In this document: one piece after another, positions 12,861 through 24,091 of the stretch | Layout of the letters: each line of letters begins with the position of its first letter | Position numbering within the stretch: position 1 is the first letter of the stretch | Source: Folioceros fuciformis | Lineage: Eukaryota | Assembly: GCA_049999805.1 (NCBI GenBank) | Contig: JBNGIO010006236.1 | Coordinates: 1-61,731, forward strand | Reading direction: 5' to 3' | DNA: 61,731 nt | Position numbers and translations under genes: made by a program | Notes under the pieces: model-generated | The model's input: the letters and a program-made list of their open reading frames with translations, nothing else | What the model was told of the DNA's origin: nothing | The model's database searches: none

Positions 12861-14221
12861 TCCCTCAACATGGTTCTAACTACATTATATTACAGTTCCA
12901 AGTGCAAGGACTACAAGGGAAAGTTTATAAAGGACCAACAAGCCCTTATCTTGTCGTAGCAGGAGCATGACTTCGACTCTAGCGAGTAGCCCCATATTAT
13001 AGTTCCACAAAAAGGCAGTGAAACAAGCCTATATGACTTTGTAAACCCTAAACCCTCAACCCTTTACAAAAAGACTTACAAACAATTTCTTAATAGTAAG
13101 AATATTCATAATATGGAGAATTCAAGCATTCATCATGATGGTGATGAATGTTCTGAACATTCTTACTATGAAGCATGAACATAGCATTTTTAATCCACCA
13201 TGATGGTCATGATGGGTTAAAAATGCTACTAGCTTCTACATACTATATTAAAAAAATAAAGAAATTGATATTGATTCGTATATGATGCATAATAATTTTC
13301 ACGTCATCCACTCAAGTTTTAAGTCAATGTACATCATGTTAAACATGGTATGACTCACAAAATCAAAAGATGATGTGCATATTCACCTGATTTTGTCAAG
13401 CATTAGGTACTGAGAAATTTTGATTGTTGAGGACCTCAATGCATGTCTTGTTCTTTGTTATATTTATCGTGTGAAATGTTTTGTTACAAAGTAATAGATC
13501 CCAAAGCTGTTGTAGATTATTTATTCTATTTAGCTATTGTAAGATTTCTATATGTATGAGAGTAGCTAGCAACAATAACGGCTACTATTAATAATATATG
13601 AACTTTTTTATTATGAGCTTTAACTAATGGAATACGATACTTGGGACTCTTTACTTTCTCCTACAGAAAAGAAGTAGATGATTACGATAAGATCATTATA
13701 GATTATAACCATTATCAAGCTCTTATCCTTCCATCACCCTACATACACTAACGTCTAGTTAGGCTACATCAAGCATTTCTTCCAATAGTCTAGAAATTCT
13801 CTAAGTGAAAGCATTGTAATACAATAATTTTTCATCTAAATAGACAAGAATATTTATAGGCTACTTTAACTTTACTGCCTTGTCATCATTTATTTATATC
13901 TTATTCTAAGAGTTTTAATTTTTTGGATATATTATTATGATACCATATTTATTTATTACAAGATCATATCACATGCAATATTGGGGTATATATATCTTAT
14001 TGATTCATTAATTATCATGGTATCACCACAACAGGATGGGTACCACAAGTTGTCTCGTGTATGTTTGTCGTGGAACATAAGGCCATATAACTGTACCTTG
14101 AGATGCGTAGGTAGGGGTAGATGCGAATGGTCATGTCTTCGTAGCTGCTCTTTATGCTTGTGTGCGTGTGCCTCCTCGTTTGCCGTAGACTTGGAATCTG
14201 GCAGAAGGTTTCTGTGATGTT

Positions 14222-16026
14222 TTGCAAAATGGCATTGCTCCTGACTGGTTCATCAACAACTGTTGGGTGTACATGTATGCAAAACGTAGCAAACGGAAGG
14301 AAGCGCAGCAGGTTTTCGAAAGCGCGGCCACAAAGGACGTGTTGATCTGGAAGGCCCTGACTTCTGGGTATGGTGAACTGAAAGATCCACGCCAGATTTT
14401 TGACAGCATGGGCGCCAAGGATGTGTTGACATGGAATGCCCTGATATCAAGGTATTCAAAACGTTGTGAACTGCAAGAGGCACGTTTTTGACAGCATGGC
14501 CAGAAAGAATGTGGCCACATGGGATGCCCTAGTTCCGAGATTAGCACAGCAAGGACTGGGACATGAGGCACTTGTCCTGTATGGACTGATGGAGCGGGAT
14601 GGGCTGATTTTGGCGACCCTCGTTACTTTCTCTACCCTTTTGAAGGCCTGTAGAACCACAGGTGCCATACGGAGGACAGGCACCTGCACTCACAGATTAG
14701 TCAGAAGAGAACTGATCGATAACGTAGTGTTTGGTACCTGCTTGGTTGACATGTATGCAAGATGTGGTGCACTGGAAGATGTGCATCAGGTGTTTGGCAA
14801 CATGAAAAGAAAGGATGTCGTGACATTGATCACCCTGATATCCGGCTGTGCACAGCAGGAACTCGACCAAGAGCCGCTTGTATGGACAAATGGAGGAGGC
14901 CAGCCTGATTTTGGCAGACGATTTTACTCTTTCTTGCCTTCTGAGGGCCTGTGGAAGCATTTGTGTGTCAGAGAAGGGCAGGCAGCTGCATTCACAGATT
15001 GTCGAACAAGGACTGCTGGATAACGCAGTGTTGGGCTTCTGCCTGTTGGCCGCACAACCAGAAGTGGTGACCTGGAAGATGCACGCCAGTTTTCTGACAC
15101 CATGATGAGAAAGAATGTAGTGACATGGATGCCCTGGCAGCTGGGTATGGTAATTGTGATGATGGTGTAAGGGCACTAGCTTATTTTGTCGACATGTTAG
15201 TCGCTGGTATTCCTCCTATCGTTGCTTCTTCTACCTGCCTTATAGCGGCATGCACTCTCGAGGGACTAGTCCCCACGAGGGTCGCAAGTACTTTGATTCC
15301 ATGGGTGAACAGCATGGCATCAAGCCTACTAGGGAGCATTACCCCGCATCGTTGATCTTCTTGGGCGTGCAGGCCATTCTGTTGAGGCGGAGAAGGAGCT
15401 CTGGCCATGTGAAGGGCGAAAGTGATATTGCGGTATTATCGTCTTTGTTGAATGCTTGCAAAAATCACGGGGACAGTGGGAGGGCGACTTGGTGTTTTAC
15501 AAGCATTGTGAGGCTGGACCCTCAGAATGATCCTTCGCACGTGCTCATGGCCAATGCCTACGCAGCTGCAGGCAGGTGGACGGATGCGCACAGGACTGAA
15601 TCAGACGGAGGGCAGCTGGAGCTGAAAAAAGACCTGCCGTGGCTAGCTACCGTTAAGGTGGAGACGCAGGTGCATACATTTGCGTTAGGTGAAACGTAAG
15701 ATGATCGTGCGTTGCAAGAGAGAGCACGAATGCGCCGCTGAAGCAGTAAGGTTGGCCGGCCACTACCTTACACAAAATTGCTGTTGAAGCTAGTGTCTGA
15801 GAAGGAAAAGGAAGATGCGCTCTGTGGCATGCTGAGAACCTAGATCTGGCGTTCGGCCTCTTGAACACTCCTAGTGGGACGCCTCTGGTGGTAACCAAGA
15901 ATCTACGCACGTGCAGTGAGTGCGAAAATTCTACGGAGATCATGTGAAGGAGACATGGCTGCAAGGGTTGGGTACCGTTTGCATCGATTCACAGCTGGCT
16001 CTTGCATTTGTGAGGTCCGACCTTGA
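14222..16026 (+). pseudogene. PLS-class PPR pseudogene with E domains and DYW:KP-type deaminase domain
   Basis: PPR motifs (DVLTWNALISRY, LVDMYARCGALEDVHQVF, EGRKYFDSMGEQHGIKPTREHY) spread over several frames; KRPAVA-TVKVETQVHTF box, HAENLDLAFGLLNTP, KNLRTCSEC, C-terminal HRFTAGSCICEVRP*; many frameshifts and stops. Confidence 0.9.
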
Positions 16027-16497
16027 GAACACGGAAGAGGTAGCCATGCTGTTCGTGTGTTCAGACAACACTAGGATAGGCTAAGTACGTCTTTCGAAAC
16101 CAGACATATCGAGAAAATGAGAAACTAGACAGGGTTTCCCACATGTGCATTTCGTCTTAGGGTTACCGATGAATATAAGACTAGGGGTTGTTGAAACCCG
16201 CGCACAAGCTTCGGAGATCATTACCTGAGACAATCTAAAATTCCACTGTGAAAAACATATGTTCACGTAGGAATAACGATAACGATGATCTAAAACAGGT
16301 CTGAATTGATCGGACGAGTTTATGTATTTCATAAGGAATGTAGGCCTTTTGTTGATCCTATGCCGGATTCGCTGGCTCCGGCAACTACCTACTCCAGTCC
16401 CCGCTGTCTTCGCCTTTCGTTTGCCATCGGCCTCGCCGAACGTCAGACTTTACCCAATTGTGCTTCCATTGCCGACAGGCCGGTATCTTGCGATTAA

Positions 16498-19400
16498 ATG
16501 GATGCTATGTCCGCCCCTGCTCTCTCGCTCCTGCCAAATTCAGGAGCGCCACCTCCACGAATAGCAGCAGTGCAAGCTCAGAGCTTCGGTGCTGCCTGGA
16601 ATGTGGCCAGCTCCCCGTCTTCTTTACTGGTAAGTCTTGTACGCTGACCTCGTCCTGCTCGTTGGTTGGTGGTTTGGTGCGTTGCATCCTATTCACACAG
16701 ATTTTGGTGCTTCCTGAAGGCGACTGGATTGTAGGTTGTTTTGACCTTTCAGAATTCGCGGAGTACTGGAACGAGTTCGATTCTCTGGCAATGTTGCATG
16801 TGCAGGGACTTTTGGCAGATGTCCCCACTTTCGGGAACTATGCAGCCCAGTCCTCGTTCCGCCCTGGCCACAAACTCCCGTTAGGTCTTCAGGGGAGGAG
16901 GAGAGCACACAATTGGGGACCAAGATTCTCCGGCAACACTGGTACGTACTTCGACTGCCCTTAGAAATGACAGCTGATTGCCGTCTCGTATACGGGTACA
17001 TCAGGTCTCTGAAAGCAAACCCTGATCTTTCCGCCACAGAGTCCATTGCTTTCTCTGAAGAAGCAGTTTCCAGCACAAATGCTGATTTATCCACCACAGA
17101 CTCTCTTGGTTTTACTGAGGAATCTGTGACCGAAGTTGAATCAAGTCCAAATGGGGCTGCAAAGGACGCATTTCTTGAAGATGATAGTCGGAGAGAATCT
17201 GATCCGAGGAGTGAAGAAGCGGGGCCTACAGTGGAGGAAGCAAAGGTAGCTGCTGGAATGTACTCTAATATCAAAACAGTACCGTTGAAAAAGGGCAAGG
17301 GATACGTAGTTGCAGATCTTCTCATGGTCTATGGTGGGGTTCTAGATCGGCCTTTTGGGAGTGGCCAGATGATAGCTGCGGCAGGTGATGCAGTGATTGA
17401 GCGGGTCCTCGAGGAATTTGAGAATCCAGACGTTCAAACTGGAGTAGATGAGCAGTTGCTATCTGATTTCCGTACATCTATAGGCTCGTTGCGCAAGGGT
17501 CTTGAAGTAGTGAGTGCAGCTCAAGAGCGATCCACGTTGCTTGAAAGCCTTGAGGTGGTGAAGCTGCATTGCAGGCAGGCCATTCTTGCGGCAAACAAGT
17601 TCTAGAGGTTTCGTTATCATGATAGCTTCAGGCCGTGGTGGAAACAAACAAACACTCTCTTTATCGTTAAGATCATAGGTGTCAGCCATTCCTTTCAGAA
17701 TGGAATGGCCTCTTCCAACCCTAGTATATCCCGTGAATCCGTATGGATGCCAATGTATTGGATGCTGCTTGGTAACTGTATCTCCTTGATTCAAAGTGTG
17801 ATTCCCATAGATTCCTCCAGCATGTTGCATCATTTCTTGCAAACCAATGCCATGTGTGTTCAGAAGGACCTCCTGATCTCAGGAGGATACTGTTGTTGTT
17901 TTAGCTGCAAAGTGTCCTTGGATTTTAATTTGCCAAATGTGATGACGCTGCAGCAATCTGATGCTATGGAAGTAGGTGATACAGTCGGATCAAGACAACC
18001 TGACAATGGCGATGAGGATATACTTATAGAATGCCGAAATGTGTACAAATCATTTGGGGAGAAGCAAATTCTTAGGGGAGCAAGTTTTAAGGTGGGTCTG
18101 TGCTTCCACAGGCAAACTTGTATCATGGATTCAGCCTACTTGCCAAGCCAGATAGCACTTATTAGCAGTTCACTTTACCCAGTCCTTGCGTTTTTCCTCC
18201 CACTATGTCCGCACCTGTTCACATATTTGCAGATTGCTGTTGTGTTACTTTTCAAAGATTCGAAATGGGGAGGCAGTTGGCATCATTGGCCCTTCAGGAA
18301 CAGGCAAAAGCACAGTACTTCGAATAATGGCTGGGCTCCTTGCACCAGATAAGGTGAGCTGCGTCCAACGATTCAAGGAGCTCATATAGGTTTGAAAGCT
18401 GAGATATAGAGTAGTCGAGCTTCTCAAATTAACTGGTGCATGCTCCACTTTGCCGCGAGTTACCTTTGGCAATGCGAACTCGGAAATCCGCTAATGCTTT
18501 CCTGAATGTGTCTAGGGTGAGGTGTACATTTGTGGCAAATTACGACATGGCCTTATCAGTGATGAAGAGCTTTCAGGTCTTCGAATTGGCCTGGTCCGTC
18601 ATCTCTACCCATGTCTAGATTGTCTGCAGGCGATGCTGAGAAGCTGCGGTCATTTTGTCAATTCACAAATTACTTCAAAACGAATCGCAGGTTTTCCAAA
18701 GTGCTGCACTTTTCGACTCCTTGACTGTTCGAGAAAATGTTGGTTTCATGCTGTGAGTTCTGCTGCCCTATGTTTGGATTTTGACCTCCAATGTAGGTGC
18801 AACTTTATGGAAATGATTATGCTTGTACAGGTATGAACACTCCAATCTTTCAGATGAAAGGATAGCGGAGCTGGTTACTGAAAGTCTAGCAGCTGTGGGA
18901 TTGAAGGTTGGTCTCCATATTTTGTTTCTGTAGTTTGGGAATAACTTATCAGCACTGACGTTGTGGTGTAACCCATTCTGGAGAACTGCGTGGGCTGTAA
19001 CTCAATGTCTGCAGCTGATCTTTGTCGTACCTGCAGAATGTAGAAGACCGCTATCCCGCAGAGCTCTCAGGCGGTATGAAGAAACGGGTGGCCCTGGCTC
19101 GAGCAATCATCTCTGACAACCAAGAGACCGAGAACCATGAGCCTGAGGTAACAATGTTTATGGAGCCTGGAGATCCCTGACATCATTTCTTACAAACTAA
19201 GACACAGCTTCGTTCTTACAGCCTGAAGGGTATTCACCGAAGTGACACAAACGGTTGCAGGTTGTGATGTATGATGAACCTACAGCTGGGCTTGACCCAA
19301 TTGCATCGACTGTTGTGGAGGATCTGATACGATCGATGCATACTAAGGGCAACGATGCAAGGGGCAAACCTGGGAAAATAGCCTCTTATGTGGTTGTTAC

Positions 19401-19736
19401 TCATCAACACAGTACAATCAGGCGAGCAGTGGACAGGTAGCATGCATCCGTAAGTCCGCAGCTCTTTGAAACGTTGTAGTAGATAGTTGTCCTTCTCAAC
19501 CCCTCTTATTTCCTCACCGGAATTTGTTGGAACAGGCTTCTCTTTCTTCATGAAGGCCGTGTGGTTTGGGAGGGCCAAACCTCCGAGTTTGATCACACAA
19601 CCAATCCAACTGTCAGACAGGTATTTGCTGTTTTCTTAAGTACATTAGTTTTCGTGTTGCAACGTCTCTCTCAGGTTGTCGTTTCTATCGGATGCAGTTT
19701 GCAGATGGAAGTCTCGACGGTCCTATACGGTACTAA
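16498..19736 (+). CDS. TGD3: TRIGALACTOSYLDIACYLGLYCEROL 3, plastid ABC ATPase (ABCI13-like). Core exons 17954-19736; N-terminal exons 16498-16629, 16806-16941 and 17679-17740 are inferred
   Basis: ILIECRNVYKSFGEKQILRGASFK|IRNGEAVGIIGPSGTGKST..|VFQSAALFDSLTVRENVGF|..ELSGGMKKRVALARAI..|YDEPTAGLDPIASTVVEDLIRS..VVVTHQHSTIRRAVDR|..FADGSLDGPIRY*. The core is highly confident; the 5' exons are joined by phase-compatible GT-AG sites. Confidence 0.9.
17005..17605 (+). CDS. nested or alternative terminal coding exon, tentatively OSA15/AAF (senescence-associated plastid protein)-like C-terminal domain
   Basis: ~200-codon open frame with an acidic linker, then DRPFGSGQMIAAAG...VSAAQERSTLLESLEVVKLHCRQAILAANKF*. 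The HCRQAIL end recalls OSA15/AAF proteins (from memory). It lacks its own transit peptide. Confidence 0.6.
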
Positions 19737-20273
19737 GTAGTTGTAAACTGTTTGGCTTTGCAATCCTTGTGCTACATTTATTAACAAGTTAACATGATAT
19801 AGTAGTCGTCGATAATAATAATTAGCACATTCATGGAATCCGGGGGGTTTTAAACACTGTTGTACGATTTTAGGCATCACCATTAATATGTTAGTTGAGG
19901 CACCAAGTGAAACACAACTGTGGTACTTTATCTACAATCGGCTCGCGAGGGCTTGGATGATGTTTTCTAGAGCGGCACGAGATGATATGACCATGTACCA
20001 ACGGCAGGGAGAAACCTAAAACAGAATTGCAACAGCTACGAATCTAGAGGAAATACTCCCTAAACCGACAGGCTGCGTACAACGGGGGCACTCGTTCGAC
20101 ACTCTACAGGGGCCACAACGAGAGCTTGAGAATTCAACACGTGCATCGAATTCGAGTTGTACTCCCGATCATTCAAGGAGGTATGCTCAGCCTGCAAAAA
20201 AAAAAATGGCTCCCTATCTGCAGTGTACCAGGTGGCAGGACATGCAATGTTCCCACAGATTTCACGAACATCC

Positions 20274-21725
20274 CTAGTCGCAAACCTTGGAAATGACTCC
20301 GGCACCAACTGTCTTCCCTCCTTCTCTGATAGCAAACCTCATCTTCTGCTCGATGGCAACAGGCATGATAAGCTGGACAGTCATCTTCACTCTGTCCCCA
20401 GGCATTATCATTTTGGTCTCCTCGCCCTTGTCATTCTGAACTTCAGTGACGGAACCAGTGACATCGGTTGTCCTCATATAGAACTGGGGCTTGTAGCCAC
20501 AGAAGAATGGTGAGTGCCTGCCGCCCTCCTCCTTTTTCAAGATGTACACGGAGGCCTCGAACTTGCTGTGAGGCAAAATGGTTCCAGGCTTGGCCAGCAC
20601 CATACCCCTTTGAATATCGTCCTTTTGAATACCCCTCAGAAGCATACCACAGTTGTCACCGGCCAATGCTTCCTCCAAGATCTTCTGGAACATCTCCAAT
20701 CCGGTGACAGTCGTACTCCTCGTGGGCTTGAGACCAACGATCTCCACAACCTCTCCCACCTTGATAGTTCCCCTTTCCACCCTGCCAGTGGCCACAGTGC
20801 CTCTTCCAGTGATGGAAAACACATCCTCAATAGCCATGAGGAAAGGCAGGTCTGTCTGCCTCTGAGGCACGGGGATGTATTCGTCCACCTTCTCCATGAG
20901 CTCGTAGATCTTATCCACCCACTTGTCCTCGCCCTTGGCAATAGTCTTCCCGGCGGTGATGGCATTAGTGAGCGCCTCCAAGGCGAGCAGCGCGGAGCCA
21001 CTCACTATCGGCACCTCATCGCCGGGAAATTCGTACGAGGTGAGAAGCTCTCGCATCTCCATGTCCACCAGCTCCAACAATTCCTCATCATCCACTTGGT
21101 CCTGCTTGTTCAAAAACACCACCATGTTAGGCACCCCGACCTGCTTAGCCAGCAGAATGTGCTCCTTTGTCTGTGGCATGGGCCCGTCGGCCCCAGACAC
21201 CACCAAAATGGCTCCGTCCATTTGAGCCGCTCCAGTGATCATGTTCTTGACGTAATCAGCGTGGCCTGGGCAGTCAACGTGCGCGTAGTGCCTGCTCTCC
21301 GTCTCATACTCGACGGTAGCAGTGTTGATAGTGATGCCGCGAGCCCGCTCCTCCGGTGCGGCATCAATCTCGTCGTACTTCTTCGGGGCCCCCAGGGCCA
21401 TGGTGAGGGCGGCGGTGAGCGTGGTCTTGCCGTGGTCGACATGGCCGATGGTACCTCTGTTTACGTGGGGCTTGGTCCGCTCGAACTTTCCCCTGGCGGC
21501 CCGCGGCACCACCAGGTGGTAGCTGCGGCCGCCGACCACTCTCCTTCCGGCAACGCGCAATCCCTCCGTGTGCGAGAAGGTGGATGCGGAGCTGAGGGCG
21601 GCGACATTCTTGAGCGGGGCGAGCCCTAAGCTGGCCGCCTGCTTCTGCGACGACGGCGTGGCGGCGCTGCCGGACACCGAGGGCATGCACAGGGCCGCTC
21701 TGTTCAAGGACGCGCAGCACGCCAT
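20274..21725 (-). CDS. tufA: plastid elongation factor Tu, nuclear-encoded, intronless, with transit peptide
   Basis: [75 protein letters not shown]. Confidence 0.98.
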   Translation of the reverse strand: MACCASLNRAALCMPSVSGSAATPSSQKQAASLGLAPLKNVAALSSASTFSHTEGLRVAGRRVVGGRSYHLVVPRAARGKFERTKPHVNRGTIGHVDHGKTTLTAALTMALGAPKKYDEIDAAPEERARGITINTATVEYETESRHYAHVDCPGHADYVKNMITGAAQMDGAILVVSGADGPMPQTKEHILLAKQVGVPNMVVFLNKQDQVDDEELLELVDMEMRELLTSYEFPGDEVPIVSGSALLALEALTNAITAGKTIAKGEDKWVDKIYELMEKVDEYIPVPQRQTDLPFLMAIEDVFSITGRGTVATGRVERGTIKVGEVVEIVGLKPTRSTTVTGLEMFQKILEEALAGDNCGMLLRGIQKDDIQRGMVLAKPGTILPHSKFEASVYILKKEEGGRHSPFFCGYKPQFYMRTTDVTGSVTEVQNDKGEETKMIMPGDRVKMTVQLIMPVAIEQKMRFAIREGGKTVGAGVISKVCD

Positions 21726-21973
21726 CTCTGCGGAGCTCCCGAGCGTTGCCGAATGCTCACTGCGACAGGGCCGAGCAGGGCTGTGCTGTGCGCTGCGCTA
21801 GGCAAGGCAGACGAGAATACGCAGACGGGAGCACGCGAACAATGGCCTGCGCGGCGGGAGCTAGAGAGGAAGGGTAGTGGACGGTCCACCCGTTGCGCTC
21901 CGCTGATGGCCGTCCGATCAGCTCGTCGGAGGAATGACAGCCGCGGATGAGGCTATTTGGGAGGTTTTAGGGC

Positions 21974-21979
21974 CACGTG
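21974..21979. promoter_or_regulatory. G-box (CACGTG) upstream of plastid EF-Tu gene
   Basis: ggccacgtga ~250 bp upstream of the tufA start; short motif, function inferred. Confidence 0.35.
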
Positions 21980-22884
21980 ACCAGTGTTTGATCCACTCAT
22001 CGCTGCTCCTCGCTTGACGCCGTCCGATGTCGATAACGCTCTACCCACTTCATCCTCCCGCATATGCTAGTTTCCATGTGCGGTTTGACTGTGAAATGAC
22101 ATACCGAATGGCATCTACATGAATGAACCAGCTGGTTACCAGTTTGAACGCGTCCAGTTAAGAAAAAATGTGGAAGTGTCGAGACCCTCGTAACTTCTCG
22201 CCTGAAGTGAAACCATGGTAGTTGTCAAAAGGGCGAACAGATTGGACAATTTCAGGAGTCGCCATCATGGGACTAGTCTTCTCCTTGAAGTGTCCTTCAT
22301 TGGGTTCTATTTTCTTTGTTGGGGTGCTCGTTACCCCGCTCTGTACGATTTCGGAGGGGGACAAACTCCGGACTGATGTAAGATCCACCAAATCCGATGT
22401 ATGAACACACATAAAAAGGGAGGAGGAAGCAACAGGGAAAAGGGACGAGGAAGCAACTACACCACCTACTCTCAGGATTCTGGACGAACAAGGATCCTTC
22501 CTCGGTTCTTTCGCTGGCCTGGCTCTCTAAAGTCATACATAGTAAGATCTGCTCAACCAAACCTTATCAAGCCAGCAATTAGAGGCTGGGAATTGAGCCC
22601 TTATGGCTGTTCCCTGGCCCCGTTCGCCACCGCCAACTAGAAGGTCAAACTGTCAAGCAGCAAAACCTATTTGATCCAAAGCAGTTCTCTGAAATGTGCC
22701 ACAGCAAAGTAATACTCCCCTCCGCGAAGGGTCCAAAATAACCCTTCGGAATGGACGTTATTCGCTCTGCTTCCACGTTCCGGACGAAAGCAATTGCGAT
22801 TCTGTCCTGACGGGCCGATTACTGCAACTGCAACTGCAACTTAAGGCCCTGACAGCGTACAAAAAAATCCTATACTACTACTTG

Positions 22885-23844
22885 TCAAGATCTCTCACTC
22901 CTCGGTGTTGCCCACTCCACTCGCAAAATGAGGTTGTCATAACCATAACCATCGAGTTTGTTAATTGCTCGGACGGCATCATCCCTGCACTCAGGAATGT
23001 GAAACACGTCAAGGATGAACCCGCACACGACTTCCAACCACCGCACAAAAGCAAGTTGCAACTCAAACGCATACCTGTTGACAAAGTTGATGAAGGCAAA
23101 CCCTCTGCTTAGACCTGTATCACGATCAAAAGCAACATAGATGCGCGAAATAGGCCCAAAAGGCCGGAACAGCTCTTGCAGATCTTGCTCTCTGGTGTCC
23201 TCTGAAAGATTAGTAACCCTGATGGAGTTGTCATCCCTCCCTCTCCTCATACTTTCTCCCTCGTTCTTGGTACCAGCCCTCATGCTCGGAGGTACGTAAG
23301 AGCCCTTGCCACCACTGGCAAGGCTTGGTGTTGAAAACGCCCCCAAATCATCATCTCCAGGAGGCTTATCTGCCAAACTGAGACCTCTGGTAGTTACAAA
23401 CTCTTTGAAGGGACACTTGGAGGTCCAGTGGTCGCCCTTCTTCCCGCAAGTCCTGCAAACAATAAGAGACGCGTTCCCTAGAGTGGCAAGATCCCCAGAC
23501 TTCTCTTCCTGCTTTGAGGAACCGGCCGGCCTTGTCCGCTCCAGAAAAATCTCCTCCGTGGACACCACCGTGAGGTTGTCTGATGCATTTTGTCCCACAG
23601 CATCCCCAAACTTCTTCAGCTGGCGGCGCCGTATTACCGCAGGAGTCAGCTTCTTCACCTGCTTCTTCACTCGCACCGTTTTGGTGACCTTGACGCGCAT
23701 CCCGTCATCGTTTTTCCGCCACTCCGTGATCACCTTAATACCCTTCTCGTCAGGCCCGACCACCTGCATCGGAGGCAGCACTCCGTCAATTCCATCGTCC
23801 TCGTCCGCAGCATCTCCCCACTTGAAATCCTTCCGATTCCCCAT
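22885..23844 (-). CDS. eIF3g: eukaryotic translation initiation factor 3 subunit G (one 90-nt intron at 22985-23074)
   Basis: CRTCGKKGDHWTSKCP zinc knuckle, YVPPSMR, RRM (IRVTNLSEDTRE..SRGFAFINFVNR|DDA..LDGYGYDNLILRVEWA). Confidence 0.97.
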   Translation of the reverse strand: MGNRKDFKWGDAADEDDGIDGVLPPMQVVGPDEKGIKVITEWRKNDDGMRVKVTKTVRVKKQVKKLTPAVIRRRQLKKFGDAVGQNASDNLTVVSTEEIFLERTRPAGSSKQEEKSGDLATLGNASLIVCRTCGKKGDHWTSKCPFKEFVTTRGLSLADKPPGDDDLGAFSTPSLASGGKGSYVPPSMRAGTKNEGESMRRGRDDNSIRVTNLSEDTREQDLQELFRPFGPISRIYVAFDRDTGLSRGFAFINFVNRYAFELQLAFVRWLEVVCGFILDVFHIPECRDDAVRAINKLDGYGYDNLILRVEWATPRSERS

Positions 23845-24091
23845 ATTTCGTCAACCGCAGAGCAACAATTAGCCAGCTATCAGCGTAGCGCACACACAAC
23901 AGCAAGCGGAGCTGGCTCAGCGGGAAGAATTCGGACGTGCCCTTGCAGATTAGGGTTGACCTGATGTGGAAACGTACCAATATACCTACTGCATTTGGCT
24001 TAGGGGTTTGGAAGTCTGTCAGCTACGAGATCACAATTAGGGTTTTGCTTGTTTGCCCAATTTTACGCAGAGCTTCTTGAGCGACGGTGTC

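Noticed and set aside
20514-21629. 371-aa ORF antisense to EF-Tu (and similar antisense ORFs over cpFtsY, NPK1, LEA2 and NUP35)
   Set aside because: Shadow frames caused by GC3-rich codon usage of the real genes
22158-22640. Short ORFs between tufA and eIF3g
   Set aside because: No ATG-initiated conserved product or RNA motif recognised; likely UTR or intergenic
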